A stretch of 36,552 nucleotides of DNA from Chloroflexota bacterium (GTDB lineage Bacteria; Chloroflexota; UBA6077; JACQUR01). Below are positions 1 to 8,711 of the stretch, one piece after another. A program made the translations under genes and the position numbers. The notes beneath the pieces are model-generated. The model saw nothing but the letters and a program-made list of their open reading frames with translations, did no database searches and had not been told where the DNA came from. Location: positions 1-36,552 of the forward strand of contig JACQUR010000066.1 of the NCBI GenBank assembly GCA_016210245.1, written 5' to 3'. Numbering within the stretch: position 1 is the stretch's first letter; each line of letters starts with the position of its first letter.

Positions 1-261
1 GTGCGGGGCTGGGGGGCCTACTTCCGAGTGGGCAACCCCAGTCGCCACTTCACCCTGTCCGGATTGATGAGGAGAGGCTGGAAACGGGGCCAGGTCTCGG
101 GCGGCAGCGCCTGCAAGTACTGCGTGGACAGCGCCGGACCCAACAGCCACCGTGCCAGTCTCCTACTCTACCCCAGTGGCCAGTGGTCAGTGGCCACTGG
201 CCAGTGCTTCTGCCTTCTGCCTTCTGCCTCCTGCCCCCTCACCGCCGGAGCTCCTCGATGA
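1..261 (+). pseudogene. 5'-truncated ORF. The first ~16 codons resemble the group II intron maturase (GIIM) core motif and the rest is unrecognisable. Probable remnant.
   Basis: Translation begins RGWGAYFRVGNPSRHF, close to the GIIM pattern R-G-W-x-N-Y-[YF]-x-x-G-N-x-x-x-x-F. The downstream residues do not continue the family pattern. The frame stays open only by running through heptamer repeats and the antisense of the next gene. Confidence 0.25.
174..234. repeat. Two adjacent heptamer arrays: CAGTGGC x3, ending in the palindrome CAGTGGCCACTG, then CTTCTGC x3 plus a degenerate CTCCTGC
   Basis: Read directly: cagtggc cagtggt cagtggc cactggccagtg (174-206), then cttctgc at 207, 214 and 221 and ctcctgc at 228. 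The arrays lie immediately 3' of the epimerase stop (239-241, minus strand). Confidence 0.9.
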
Positions 262-1177
262 AGTCGCGCAGGCCGGCCTCCAGGTCGTAGCGCGGCTCGT
301 AGCCCAGCTCCGCCCGCGAGCGGGAGAGGTCGAACGGCTGCAGGCGCGGGAACCGGTCGGGGCGCGGCGGGGCGACGCGCACCGCGGTGGTGCCGGGCAG
401 GATGCGCTGCAGCGTCTCCACGATGAGCTGCGGGGTGACCAGGACGCCACTGCCCAGGTTGTAGACCTGGTGAGGCAGGCGCTCGGCGCGGGCGGCCAGC
501 GCCACCCCGTGGGCTAGATCCTTGATGTAGACGTTCTCGTCGACCGGCGGGAAGCCGCTGCCCAGGGGAGCCGGGCGCCCCTCCAGCGCGGCCTTCACCA
601 GGTCGTACATCCCCTGGCCGATGCCGGACCCGCCCGCGTAGTGGCCGTAGCCGTAGACGCCGGCGAAGCGCAGGATGGCCAGTTCGAACTTGTAGGCGGC
701 GGCGTAGGCCCGCAGGATCTGCTCGCAGGCGACCTTCGAGCCGCCGTAGACCTGCCCGGCGCCGCTGGTTGGGAAGTCCTCAGTGAGCGGGGCCGGCTGC
801 GGCTGCGAGAGGTCGTTGACGCCCAGAGTGCTGGCGTGCAGTAGCCGCCGCACCCCGGCCAGGCGCACCGCCTCGGCCACGTTGAGCGTCCCGCCAATGT
901 TGATCTGGAAGCCGCGGTAGGGCACCTGCTGGGCAGCGGTGCCGATCAGGGCGGCGGTATGGATGACCACCTCCGGCCGGACCTCCTGGATCGCCTCCAG
1001 CAAGCCCGGCAGCTCGCGGATGTCGCCCCGCACCACGCGCACGTCGCCGTCGACGACGCGCTGCACGTAGTCCTGGCGCGGCGCAAGGTCGAAGAACGTG
1101 ACCTGGTCCCCGCGCTGGACCAGCTCGCGGGCCGTATGGCAGCCGACCATCCCGGCGCCAGTGATGAACACGCGCAT
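239..1177 (-). CDS. NAD-dependent epimerase/dehydratase (extended SDR family)
   Basis: Rossmann motif FITGAGMVG at the N-terminus and catalytic Y-x3-K (YGGSK). ATG at 1177 is preceded by AAGGGGG. A GTG at 1180 is the alternative start. Confidence 0.85.
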   Translation of the reverse strand: MRVFITGAGMVGCHTARELVQRGDQVTFFDLAPRQDYVQRVVDGDVRVVRGDIRELPGLLEAIQEVRPEVVIHTAALIGTAAQQVPYRGFQINIGGTLNVAEAVRLAGVRRLLHASTLGVNDLSQPQPAPLTEDFPTSGAGQVYGGSKVACEQILRAYAAAYKFELAILRFAGVYGYGHYAGGSGIGQGMYDLVKAALEGRPAPLGSGFPPVDENVYIKDLAHGVALAARAERLPHQVYNLGSGVLVTPQLIVETLQRILPGTTAVRVAPPRPDRFPRLQPFDLSRSRAELGYEPRYDLEAGLRDFIEELRR

Positions 1178-1199
1178 CACTCAACCCCCTTGCTCAGTC

Positions 1200-1227
1200 G
1201 ATTTTGGATTTTGGATTTTGGATTCCG
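1200..1227. repeat. Heptamer tandem repeat GATTTTG x3 plus degenerate GATTCCG
   Basis: gattttg at 1200, 1207 and 1214 and gattccg at 1221. It fills the spacer between the CoxL-like stop (1239) and the epimerase start (1177), both on the minus strand. Confidence 0.9.
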
Positions 1228-1238
1228 ATGGCCACTGA

Positions 1239-3599
1239 CTACTGCCGGCGCGCTGCCGCGATCAGGTCCCGCACCCGGGTTGGGCTGAGCGGGCCGCGGG
1301 TAATCTTGACGCCGAATGGGGCCAGCGCGTCTTCGACCGCGTTGGCGTAGGCGGCCGGAGGGGAGATGGCGCCCCCCTCACCCAGCCCCTTGATGCCCAG
1401 CGGGTTGCGGGGCGAGGGCGACTCCAGGTGCGCCACCTCGAAGTGGGGAATCTCGGCCGCGGTCGGGACCAGGTAGTCCATCAGACTGGCGGTGAGCAGT
1501 TGCCCCTCGCCGTCGTACACCAGCTCCTCGAACAGCCCGCCGCCGATGCCCTGGGCCACCCCGCCATGGACCTGCCCCTCCACGATCATCGGGTTGATCA
1601 TCCGCCCGCAGTCGTGCGCGATGGCGTACTTCAGCGTCCGCACCTGGCCGGTCTCGACGTCGACCTCGACCACCACTGCGTGAGCGCCATTGGTGTAGGT
1701 GACCGTGGGCGGCTCGTAGTAGACCGTGGCCTCCAGGCCGGGCTGCAGGTCCGCCGGCCGCGGCCGACCCGGCTCCAGCGCCTGGGCCACCTCACCCAGG
1801 GACACCTTGCGCCCGGGCAGGCCGACCACCTGGACCTGCCCGTTGCGGATCTCCAGGTCGTCCGGGTGGGCCTCCAGCAGTTGCGCGGCCATCTTCAGCG
1901 CCCTGGCGCGCACCTCGCCCGCCGCCGCGGCGACGGCGTTGCCGGCCGTGACGCCGCTGCGGCTGGCGATGGTGCCGTAGCCGTGAGTCAGGCCGGCCGT
2001 GTCGCCGCCGACGATGGTCACGTCGGCCAGGTCGACCCCCAGGTGGTCGGCGCAGATCTGGGCGAACACAGTCTGGTGGCCCTGGCCCTGCGAGCAGGCG
2101 CCGGTGTAGACGACGACCTTGCCGCTGCCGTCCACGCGGACCACCGCGCCCTCGAACGGGCCCACGCCCGTGCCCTCGACGTAGCTGGAGGTGCCCACCC
2201 CGAGGTAGCGCCCCTGGGCGCGCAACTCGGCCTGCTGGGCGCGCAGCCGCTCGTAGTCGACTAGGGCGAGCGCCCGGCGCATGGTCTCCGGGTAGTCGCC
2301 GCTGTCGTAGACCAGGGGCTGGCCGTCGCGGTAGAGCAGTCCGGCGTCGTAGGGCATCTCGTCGGGTCGGACCGAGTTCCTGAGCCGCAGCTCGGCCGGA
2401 TCCATGCCCAACTGGCGCGCGGCGCAGTCGATCACCCGATCCACGGCAAACACCGCCTCGGGCCGCCCGGCGCCCCGGTACGGTGCAGCCGGCACCTTGT
2501 TGGTTACCACGCACCGCGCCTCGACCCACAGGGCCGGCACGCGGTACGGCCCCATGAGGTGGGCGACCGTGTTGTGGGGCATGGCCAGCCCGAGGTGGTT
2601 GTAGGGGCCGTTATCAATAAGGAAGCGGTCGCGCATGCCCAGGATGCGCCCGTCCGCGTCGAGCGCGAGCTCGATGTCGTGGATCTGCTCGCGGGCGTGA
2701 ATGGCGCTGCGCAGGTGCTCCAGTCGGTCCTCGATCCACTTGACCGGGCGGCCAAGGCGCAGCGCAGCCAGGGCGACCAGCACGTCCTCGGGATAGAGGA
2801 TGGCCTTGATGCCGTAGCCGCCGCCCACGTCCGGGGCGATCACCCGCACCGTGAACTGGGGCAGCCCAAGCAAGTGGGCGATCCCCTGGCGCAGCGGGTG
2901 GGCGTTCTGGGTGGCCGACCAGACCATCAGCTCGCGCCGCTCGGGATCGTACTCCGCTACCGCTCCGCGCGTCTCGATGGTGATGCCCGTGTAGCGATGG
3001 ACGTAGAACCGCTCGCGCACCACGTGGTCGGCGCGCTGGAACGCCTGGTCTACGTCGCCCTTCTGGACGGTGAAGCGAACGCACACGTTGTCGCCCCAGG
3101 CCTCGTGCAGCAGCGGGGCGTCGGGCTGGAGGGCAGCCTCCACGTCGGCCACGGCCGGCAGCGGCTCGTAGTCGACCTCCACCAGCTCGGCCGCGTCCTC
3201 GGCCAGGTAGCGGCTCTCGGCGATGACCATGGCCACCGCCTCACCCGCGTAGCGGACCTTGTCCGGCGGCAGCAGGAAGCTATCGTCGGCCTTGACCTCC
3301 GGCTTCAGGAACTCGACCAGCGCCTTCGGCGCCGTCTTGGCCAGAAAGGGAGGCATGGGCCTGGCCGCCGCGCCCAGGTCGGCGAAGGTGAGGACGGCCG
3401 CCACCCCTGGCAGGGCCAGAGCCGCGCTGGTCTCGATGCCCTTGATCCGAGCATGAGCGTGGGGGCTGCGGACGAAGGCCGCGTGGAGCTGCCCCGGCCG
3501 CTCGATGTCGCCCACGAACCGCCCCCTGCCACGCAGCAACTGCCCATCCTCCACCCGGCGCACCGGTCGCCCGAACCATCCGTCGCTCTTGGCGCTCAT
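1239..3599 (-). CDS. Xanthine dehydrogenase/aerobic CO dehydrogenase family molybdopterin-binding large subunit (form-II CoxL-like)
   Basis: The family-like sequence starts at MSAKSDGWFGRPVRRVEDGQLLRGRG (ATG at 3599-3597, with AGGAGGG 4 nt upstream). The 85 upstream codons in the ORF track look non-coding. The motif PYRGAGR matches the AYRGAGR-type loop of form-II CoxL-like proteins. Confidence 0.85.
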   Translation of the reverse strand: MSAKSDGWFGRPVRRVEDGQLLRGRGRFVGDIERPGQLHAAFVRSPHAHARIKGIETSAALALPGVAAVLTFADLGAAARPMPPFLAKTAPKALVEFLKPEVKADDSFLLPPDKVRYAGEAVAMVIAESRYLAEDAAELVEVDYEPLPAVADVEAALQPDAPLLHEAWGDNVCVRFTVQKGDVDQAFQRADHVVRERFYVHRYTGITIETRGAVAEYDPERRELMVWSATQNAHPLRQGIAHLLGLPQFTVRVIAPDVGGGYGIKAILYPEDVLVALAALRLGRPVKWIEDRLEHLRSAIHAREQIHDIELALDADGRILGMRDRFLIDNGPYNHLGLAMPHNTVAHLMGPYRVPALWVEARCVVTNKVPAAPYRGAGRPEAVFAVDRVIDCAARQLGMDPAELRLRNSVRPDEMPYDAGLLYRDGQPLVYDSGDYPETMRRALALVDYERLRAQQAELRAQGRYLGVGTSSYVEGTGVGPFEGAVVRVDGSGKVVVYTGACSQGQGHQTVFAQICADHLGVDLADVTIVGGDTAGLTHGYGTIASRSGVTAGNAVAAAAGEVRARALKMAAQLLEAHPDDLEIRNGQVQVVGLPGRKVSLGEVAQALEPGRPRPADLQPGLEATVYYEPPTVTYTNGAHAVVVEVDVETGQVRTLKYAIAHDCGRMINPMIVEGQVHGGVAQGIGGGLFEELVYDGEGQLLTASLMDYLVPTAAEIPHFEVAHLESPSPRNPLGIKGLGEGGAISPPAAYANAVEDALAPFGVKITRGPLSPTRVRDLIAAARRQ

Positions 3600-3792
3600 C
3601 AATCCCTCCTGCCCTCCTGGAAAGCCGCTGGGAGGCTCACGCGGTTTGCAGAGCCTTGCCAGAGCGCATTCTACCGAGCGGAGGTGCCGCCGTCCAACGC
3701 GAAGTAGGCCGGGCTTGCGCCGCGGGTGAGGGAAGGAGTGGCAGGCGGCAGCAGGGCGGGCGGCGGTGCGTTGGCGCGAGGGTGGAGTAGGA

Positions 3793-4101
3793 GTGGCCTC
3801 CTGGCACGTTGCCAGCAGCTCGGGGCCAGCGCACGTCGTTTTGCTCTGCACCACCGACGACTCGGTGCTGGAGAGCGCAGAAGTGCTCCTGGCGGTAGCG
3901 TACCTCCCGGTCCGGTGCGCCTGGCGGTGCCACGGAACACTTCTTGCCTCTTCACGGCATCAAATCCCCAACCCTCGTGCCCACGGGCCACAAGGGACGG
4001 GGTCCGCGCTGAAGAGTGCGCCGGCCGGGCTGCGGCGGTTGTTTCTCATCCCCTTGCGGTGCCCCCGTACAGACACATGGAGGAAGCTGTCCTGTCGATG
4101 A
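3793..4101 (+). pseudogene. Decayed paralogous copy of the 5' end (REC-like domain) of the REC-CpaE gene at 5589
   Basis: VLLCTTDDSVLESAEVLLAVAYLPVRC versus LLLCTNDASVLGSAGALGAVGYAPIRC in the 5589 gene: 17 of 27 residues identical by hand alignment. The nucleotide block tgctctgcac is shared, and both copies have ggtggag just upstream. The acceptor-Asp segment (VVLDAEL) has no counterpart, and third-position GC drops in the second half of the ORF. Confidence 0.4.
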
Positions 4102-4120
4102 ATGAGAGATGTCGTATAAT
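4093..4120 (+). promoter_or_regulatory. Candidate sigma70-type promoter (TGTCGA-N16-TATAAT) in a local AT-rich patch
   Basis: TATAAT at 4115-4120 and TGTCGA at 4093-4098. This is the only AT-rich stretch in a 690-bp gene-free gap. It would give a leader of about 165 nt before the ATG at 4292. Confidence 0.35.
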
Positions 4121-4291
4121 GCGACGTATAGGATACCTAAGGTAGCAGATATGGCAGGCTGCGCATGGTGTCCCACTCGGGAGCGAAACGCGCTGGCGAG
4201 CGACGCCCCTGGCTCGAGCGCGGCGCCTCGCCGGTGCGACGGCCGGCCGGGACGAACGGACGCCAGGCCAGGCGAGTGGTGGAGGTGATTC

Positions 4292-4567
4292 ATGGCTACG
4301 AACGGCAAGGTGAGCGTGGCCCAGCAGTTGCAGACGGTGCAGCGCCTGCTCCGGACGGTCGAGCAGGCGCACGCGCTCGCACGGGACGTCAGCCTGGAGC
4401 TGAGCGGGATCCGGGTCTCGTCGTCCACGCCCAGGGTGACCCCGCTCGGCTACTCGTTGGGCATCTGCCTGGGCGACGCCGAGAGCAGCGCCAGTCGGCT
4501 GGCCGGGCTGCGCGGCGAACTGAAGGACCTGGCGGCGCTGTTGGAGGAACTGGAGGCTCCGCGGTGA
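4292..4567 (+). CDS. Hypothetical small protein (91 aa, predicted helical)
   Basis: ATG is preceded by GGAGGTGA with 4-nt spacing. The frame has consistently high third-position GC. I recognise no family. Confidence 0.6.
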   Translation: MATNGKVSVAQQLQTVQRLLRTVEQAHALARDVSLELSGIRVSSSTPRVTPLGYSLGICLGDAESSASRLAGLRGELKDLAALLEELEAPR

Positions 4568-4622
4568 GCCACGACCCGAACCCGTGCGCCTCGAGGCGCG
4601 CGCGCTGTGGCGGTGGAGATCC

Positions 4623-5147
4623 ATGGTGAACGCGCTTGCTCAGCCGAGTGCTATCAAGCGGAAGCGTGATTGCCTGCGCTCCGTCGGGATCTTCGAGCGC
4701 TTGCCGGAGCAGGCGCTGGATCACCTGGCGTTGCTCTGCGAGCACCACACCTGCTCCGATGGTGAGATCGTGTTTCGGCAGGGTGACCGGGGCGACCGCA
4801 TGTACCTGGTGGAGTCCGGCCGGGTCCTGCTGTTCTACTCGGATGCCGCCGGGAATGTCCGCCAGTTGGCAACCGTCGAGCCGGGCGGCTACTTCGGCGA
4901 GCTGGCGCTGCTCTCGAACAACCCGAGGGCGGCGAGCGCCGAGTGCGAGGGCGAGACGGAGTTACTCAGCCTCTCGGGCCACGACCTGAAACGGCTGCTG
5001 GCCGAGAGCGCGCCGGCGATGCGCGGCCTCATCGGGGCAACCAGGGCGTACGAGCCTCCCCAGCGCTGCCCGAGGTTCTGGGAGCGGTTCTGGCCGGGGC
5101 GCGCTCGCGGGCGCGGCCAGCCCAACCGGAAGCGAGATGCGGCTTGA
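4623..5147 (+). CDS. Cyclic nucleotide-binding (cNMP/Crp-like) domain protein
   Basis: cNMP-binding signatures GGYFGELALL and PRAASAEC. ATG at 4623 is preceded by GGTGGAG with 5-nt spacing. The ORF-track GTG at 4584 is an alternative start. Confidence 0.8.
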   Translation: MVNALAQPSAIKRKRDCLRSVGIFERLPEQALDHLALLCEHHTCSDGEIVFRQGDRGDRMYLVESGRVLLFYSDAAGNVRQLATVEPGGYFGELALLSNNPRAASAECEGETELLSLSGHDLKRLLAESAPAMRGLIGATRAYEPPQRCPRFWERFWPGRARGRGQPNRKRDAA

Positions 5148-5338
5148 GTCCGGGGCAGAGCGATCGCGCCCCGTTGCGCCCAGTGCCCCTGAGAAGCTCA
5201 TCCGTCGTCCTGCTCACACCCCGCCTCTCCGTGCCGGCGGGAGCGGCGTCCACGCCGCTGGCGCGGAGTGGGCTGGAGAGGGAGCCGGGCGGTGCAACAG
5301 CGACGCTGCTCCGCGACGGAGCAGGAGACGGACCGCCG

Positions 5339-5599
5339 GTGGCGCGGGAGACGGCCTCGAGCCTCGAGCTGCAGCTCTCCGGCCCGATCGTGTTGTCGGC
5401 GCGCGCCAAGCTGAGCCTGCCGCGTCTCTTCAGGCTGGAGCAGGATGTCGCTCAGGTGGCAGGGGCGGCCGACGCGAGGCTCGAGGTCCTGGAGGATGGC
5501 CATGTCGTGGTCCACGTGCCGCCTCAGACGAGGACCCGGGTGCGCGAGTTCCTCATCCTGGAGGGTGAACTGGTGGAGGGAAACGCTGATGGCCAGTAA
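5339..5599 (+). CDS. Hypothetical small protein. The 3' end is firm and the start is uncertain.
   Basis: The only protein-like frame between 5150 and 5599. Its stop overlaps the next gene's ATG (ATGGCCAGTAA). GTG at 5339 has AGGAG about 12 nt upstream. GTG at 5231 is an alternative start. Confidence 0.4.
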   Translation: MARETASSLELQLSGPIVLSARAKLSLPRLFRLEQDVAQVAGAADARLEVLEDGHVVVHVPPQTRTRVREFLILEGELVEGNADGQ

Positions 5600-6851
5600 C
5601 TCGAGCCCGGGCCGCGGTCTCCTGCTCTGCACGAACGACGCCTCGGTGCTTGGAAGCGCCGGGGCGCTCGGCGCCGTGGGCTACGCGCCCATCCGCTGCT
5701 CGTCGTTCAAGGAGTTTCAGCGCGAGTTCGGCGGCGGGGTCGTGGCGGTGGTGCTCGACGCCGAGCTCCCCAAGCGCGAAACCTTCGCCATCTACCGGGC
5801 CCTGCGCCAGGAGGGCAAGGCGCCGTTCCTCGTCCTGCTTCCACCGCCCAGCTCGGATCAGCCCGCATGGACGATCGACCTGGAGCAGGGGGAGCAAGAG
5901 GAGTTCGCGCGCAAGCCCATCACCACCCCGGAGCTGGTCCTGCGGCTCAACGCGCAGTTGATCCGCTGCGGCGCCGTCGTGCCCGATGGAACCGGGTTCG
6001 AGGTCGCACCCAGCTCGCGGGCCGCGGCCGCGCTCGCGGGCTACGGCACGGTCATCTGCGTCTTCGGCGCCCACGGGGGCGTGGGCAAGACCACCATCGC
6101 GGTCCACCTCGCCCTCGGCCTGGTGCAGTTCACGCAAGCGCGTGTGGCGTTGATCGATGGCGACCTGTGGTCGGGCGACAGCCTGGTGGCCCTGGACCTG
6201 ACCAGCACCCGGACCATTCTCGACGCGACTGCCAACGGCCTGCCCCACGATCCGGAGGTCTGGACCCACGTCCTGGTCGAGCATCGCAGCGGGCTCAAGG
6301 TCCTGGCCCCGCCCTCGCGCCTGGAGGACGTGGAGCGGGTGCCCGAAGGCGCCGTGGCGGCGGCCGCCCAGGGCTTGCGCCGCTACTTCGACTTCGTGGT
6401 GGTGGACCTGGACGACGCGCTGACCGAGCAGACGCTCCAGGTGCTCGAGCAGGCAGACCTGGTGCTGGTGGTCACGACCCCCGAGTTTGGCTCGCTGCGC
6501 AACACGGTCCGCTTCCTGACCGTCGATTCGCAGATCCGCTTGAACAATCACGTTCGGGTCGTGCTCAACCGCTCCAACGCGGGGCTCGACCTGAAACAGG
6601 TCAAGTCGGTCATCCCGCACCCCATCATGGCCATGGTGCCCAGCGACGGACACCTGTTCCTTGCCGCCTGGAACCATGGGTCCACGGTGTTCGAGGTGGA
6701 TGCCGCCGGCCACACCCAGGCCCGGCGAACGCTTGAGACGCTCGCACGCGACGTGGCGGAGCTGTGTCGCCCCGAGGCAGCCAACGCCAGGGGCGGCGGC
6801 TTCTCCCCGCTGTCGGCACTCCGTCGGAAGGTGCTGGCCAGCGCGAAGTGA
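5589..6851 (+). CDS. REC-like N-terminal domain fused to a CpaE/TadZ-MinD/ParA-type P-loop ATPase
   Basis: ATG at 5589 follows GGAGGG. The N-terminal part (LLLCTNDAS...VVAVVLDAELP...FLVLLPP) looks like a receiver fold. The P-loop is ICVFGAHGGVGKTTIAVHLA, followed by ALIDGDL, as in CpaE-like ATPases. Confidence 0.8.
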   Translation: MASNSSPGRGLLLCTNDASVLGSAGALGAVGYAPIRCSSFKEFQREFGGGVVAVVLDAELPKRETFAIYRALRQEGKAPFLVLLPPPSSDQPAWTIDLEQGEQEEFARKPITTPELVLRLNAQLIRCGAVVPDGTGFEVAPSSRAAAALAGYGTVICVFGAHGGVGKTTIAVHLALGLVQFTQARVALIDGDLWSGDSLVALDLTSTRTILDATANGLPHDPEVWTHVLVEHRSGLKVLAPPSRLEDVERVPEGAVAAAAQGLRRYFDFVVVDLDDALTEQTLQVLEQADLVLVVTTPEFGSLRNTVRFLTVDSQIRLNNHVRVVLNRSNAGLDLKQVKSVIPHPIMAMVPSDGHLFLAAWNHGSTVFEVDAAGHTQARRTLETLARDVAELCRPEAANARGGGFSPLSALRRKVLASAK

Positions 6852-6938
6852 AGACCGGCGGGCCGCACAGGCGAGCCGCCTGTGCCACTGGCTCGCCGGG
6901 CAATGGGCAGAAAGGCACGTGCCGAGGGTCTGCCTCGA

Positions 6939-6966
6939 CTGCCTTCTGCCTTCTGCCTTCTGCCGC
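6939..6966. repeat. Heptamer tandem repeat CTGCCTT x3 plus degenerate CTGCCGC. Same unit, in cyclic permutation, as the array at 207-234.
   Basis: ctgcctt at 6939, 6946 and 6953 and ctgccgc at 6960. It sits between the convergent gene ends at 6851 (+) and 6973 (-). Confidence 0.9.
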
Positions 6967-6972
6967 CTGGAC

Positions 6973-7560
6973 TCAGGGCCGCGGCGGCTGGTCCATGCGC
7001 CGGGCGAGCAGGATGTGGTGCTTGTTCACCAGCAGGCCGTCGGCGGCTCGGCCCTCGCCGGTGGGCGTGGTGAGCGTGGCGCGGCCGAACTCGAGGAACA
7101 GCTCCGTGGAACGCCGCAGCACGCCTGACAGGTCCATGTCCCGGAGCAGGTAGACGGGGCCGGCGATGGTGATGCGGGTGGTGAGCACGAGGCTCACTTC
7201 CATCGGAGCCATGCCCCGCGGCACGTAGGTCGAGGCAGGCATAGCCGGCGCCTCAGCCGTGCCCCAGGGCTGCACGTAGGTGACGTGGTCGACCGGCACC
7301 AGTAGCTCCGGTACTTCAGCTCCGTCCTGCACGTCTTCGGTGGAGGCGCGGGTGAGCGCCAGCACGTTGCCCATCTGGTTCAGATACTCGGCGATCCGCC
7401 CCGCGGCCGGCGGCGGCAGCGCTCCATACGCCTCAGCTCCGGTGCGGAGTCCCACCAGCGCCCACTGGAGCGGCGCTCCGCCAATTGGCGCCACGGCTGT
7501 TCTCCTCCCTGGTCCTGGTGTAACCGGCTCGGTCCTGTCGCAGGCGGGTGGTAGCGCCAT
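6973..7560 (-). CDS. Hypothetical protein (195 aa)
   Basis: The protein-like part of the 255-aa ORF begins at the internal ATG at 7560 (MALPPACDRTEP...). No family recognised and no clear RBS. Confidence 0.5.
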   Translation of the reverse strand: MALPPACDRTEPVTPGPGRRTAVAPIGGAPLQWALVGLRTGAEAYGALPPPAAGRIAEYLNQMGNVLALTRASTEDVQDGAEVPELLVPVDHVTYVQPWGTAEAPAMPASTYVPRGMAPMEVSLVLTTRITIAGPVYLLRDMDLSGVLRRSTELFLEFGRATLTTPTGEGRAADGLLVNKHHILLARRMDQPPRP

Positions 7561-7852
7561 CGCATGATGGCGTAGTGAAGTGTAGCACGGAAGTCCTCTA
7601 CCGCCAGACTCCCCGTCGGCTCGCGTTGAGCAGCCGCCCCGCTCCAGGCGCTCCTGCCCCGCTGGTGGGCGCTCGGGTGAGGCGGGGAAGCCTCGGCGGG
7701 CCAGGGGTAGCGCGCGAGTACGTTCGTGCCGCCGTGCCATGCTATAGTGCTGCAGGGTGCGCCCGGCCGAGGGCGACCTGGCAGGCGGGAGCGAGGGGTC
7801 GACCGAGCCCGCCCGCCGAGTGCGTGGAGACGCTGATTACGGGGTAGCCTCG

Positions 7853-8581
7853 ATGCCCGTTGATGACGAGACGCTCCGGGAACTCCTCCGCCTGATCGAG
7901 GCGCGACCGTCCGCGCGAGCGGAGTTGCGACGACTGCTGCTGAGCGACGGCCTGGAGGACGCGCTGCGCAACCTCGCCGGGGCCCAGACGCGGACCGAGG
8001 GGCACCTGGCAAGCCTGGCCGCGCGCATGGACCAGCTCGCCGAGGCGCAGACGCGGACCGAGCGGCAAATGGAGCACCTCGCCGGTCGGGTCGGTGAGCT
8101 GGTCACCTGGCAGGCGGGCGAGGCGGGCCGTCGGAATAGTGAGCAGTACGAGCGGCAGGTACGACGCCGGGCTTTGAGCCTGTTCCAGGGAGGGAGCGGA
8201 GGCTGTCCCACCGAGGCTCGCGTCCAGCAGCGCCTGGAGGATATCCTGGCGGACCTGGTGGCTGCCGAGATCGTCCTCGATCGGCATGACCCATTGCTGG
8301 TCGACCTGATGTGGTGGAAGGACGACTCGTACGCGGTTGCCGAGGTCGCGCTGGTCGTGGAGTGGGACGATGTGTACCGCGCGCACGAACGTGCCGAGAC
8401 CCTGCGCCGGGCCGGCCAGGACAAGGGGGTGCGCGACGTCCTCCCGGTCGTGTTCGGGCAAGCCTGGTCCAGTCCGGAGGTACGTGCAGAGGCAGAGCGC
8501 CTCGGCGTGGCCTGGTGGGTGGGCGACGATCTGGCCCCGCGACTGCTGGAGTATCGGCGCAAGCGTCCGTCTCCTCGCTGA
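7853..8581 (+). CDS. Hypothetical protein with an N-terminal coiled coil carrying a repeated AQTRTE motif
   Basis: ATG at 7853 (MPVDDETLRELLRL...). The motif repeats as LAGAQTRTEGHL...LAEAQTRTERQM. The C-terminal half is globular (LVDLMWWKDDSYAVAEVALVVEWDD). Family not named with confidence. Confidence 0.65.
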   Translation: MPVDDETLRELLRLIEARPSARAELRRLLLSDGLEDALRNLAGAQTRTEGHLASLAARMDQLAEAQTRTERQMEHLAGRVGELVTWQAGEAGRRNSEQYERQVRRRALSLFQGGSGGCPTEARVQQRLEDILADLVAAEIVLDRHDPLLVDLMWWKDDSYAVAEVALVVEWDDVYRAHERAETLRRAGQDKGVRDVLPVVFGQAWSSPEVRAEAERLGVAWWVGDDLAPRLLEYRRKRPSPR

Positions 8582-8711
8582 GCGGCCCGGATCACAGTGC
8601 CCACCGCCAGCACCGACGTGGGCACTGCGCGGATATGGAGGTATTCGAGGGACAGCGGCTCAGACCCTGAGTAGTAGGCTGAGTGAGCTGATCTTGAAGG
8701 GAGGCGGGAGC

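Noticed and set aside
3766-4101. Treating the 111-aa ORF as an intact single-domain response regulator.
   Set aside because: The similarity to the 5589 gene covers only ~30 residues. The phospho-acceptor segment is absent and codon bias collapses in the second half. I annotated it as a probable decayed duplicate instead.
4127-4291. Possible riboswitch, for example a cyclic-dinucleotide or cNMP-related one, in the long leader of the cNMP-binding operon.
   Set aside because: I could not recognise any conserved riboswitch core (GEMM-type or other) by eye. The region may simply be the decayed tail of the duplicated segment. I leave it as something for a covariance-model scan and make no call.
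5553-6713. Long antisense or alternative-frame ORFs throughout the window, for example 5553-6713(-), 1428-2264(+), 2559-3707(+), 9908-10927(+), 13537-14868(-), 14639-16390(-), 16074-17498(+), 17495-18982(+), 17553-19211(-), 19376-20779(+), 21901-23973(-), 32568-33323(-), 33482-34327(-) and 34296-35111(+).
   Set aside because: Each overlaps a gene with clear family signatures on the other strand or in another frame. Their translations are Arg/Gly/Pro/Ala-rich and low in complexity. This is the expected stop-codon-poor artefact of ~70% G+C DNA.
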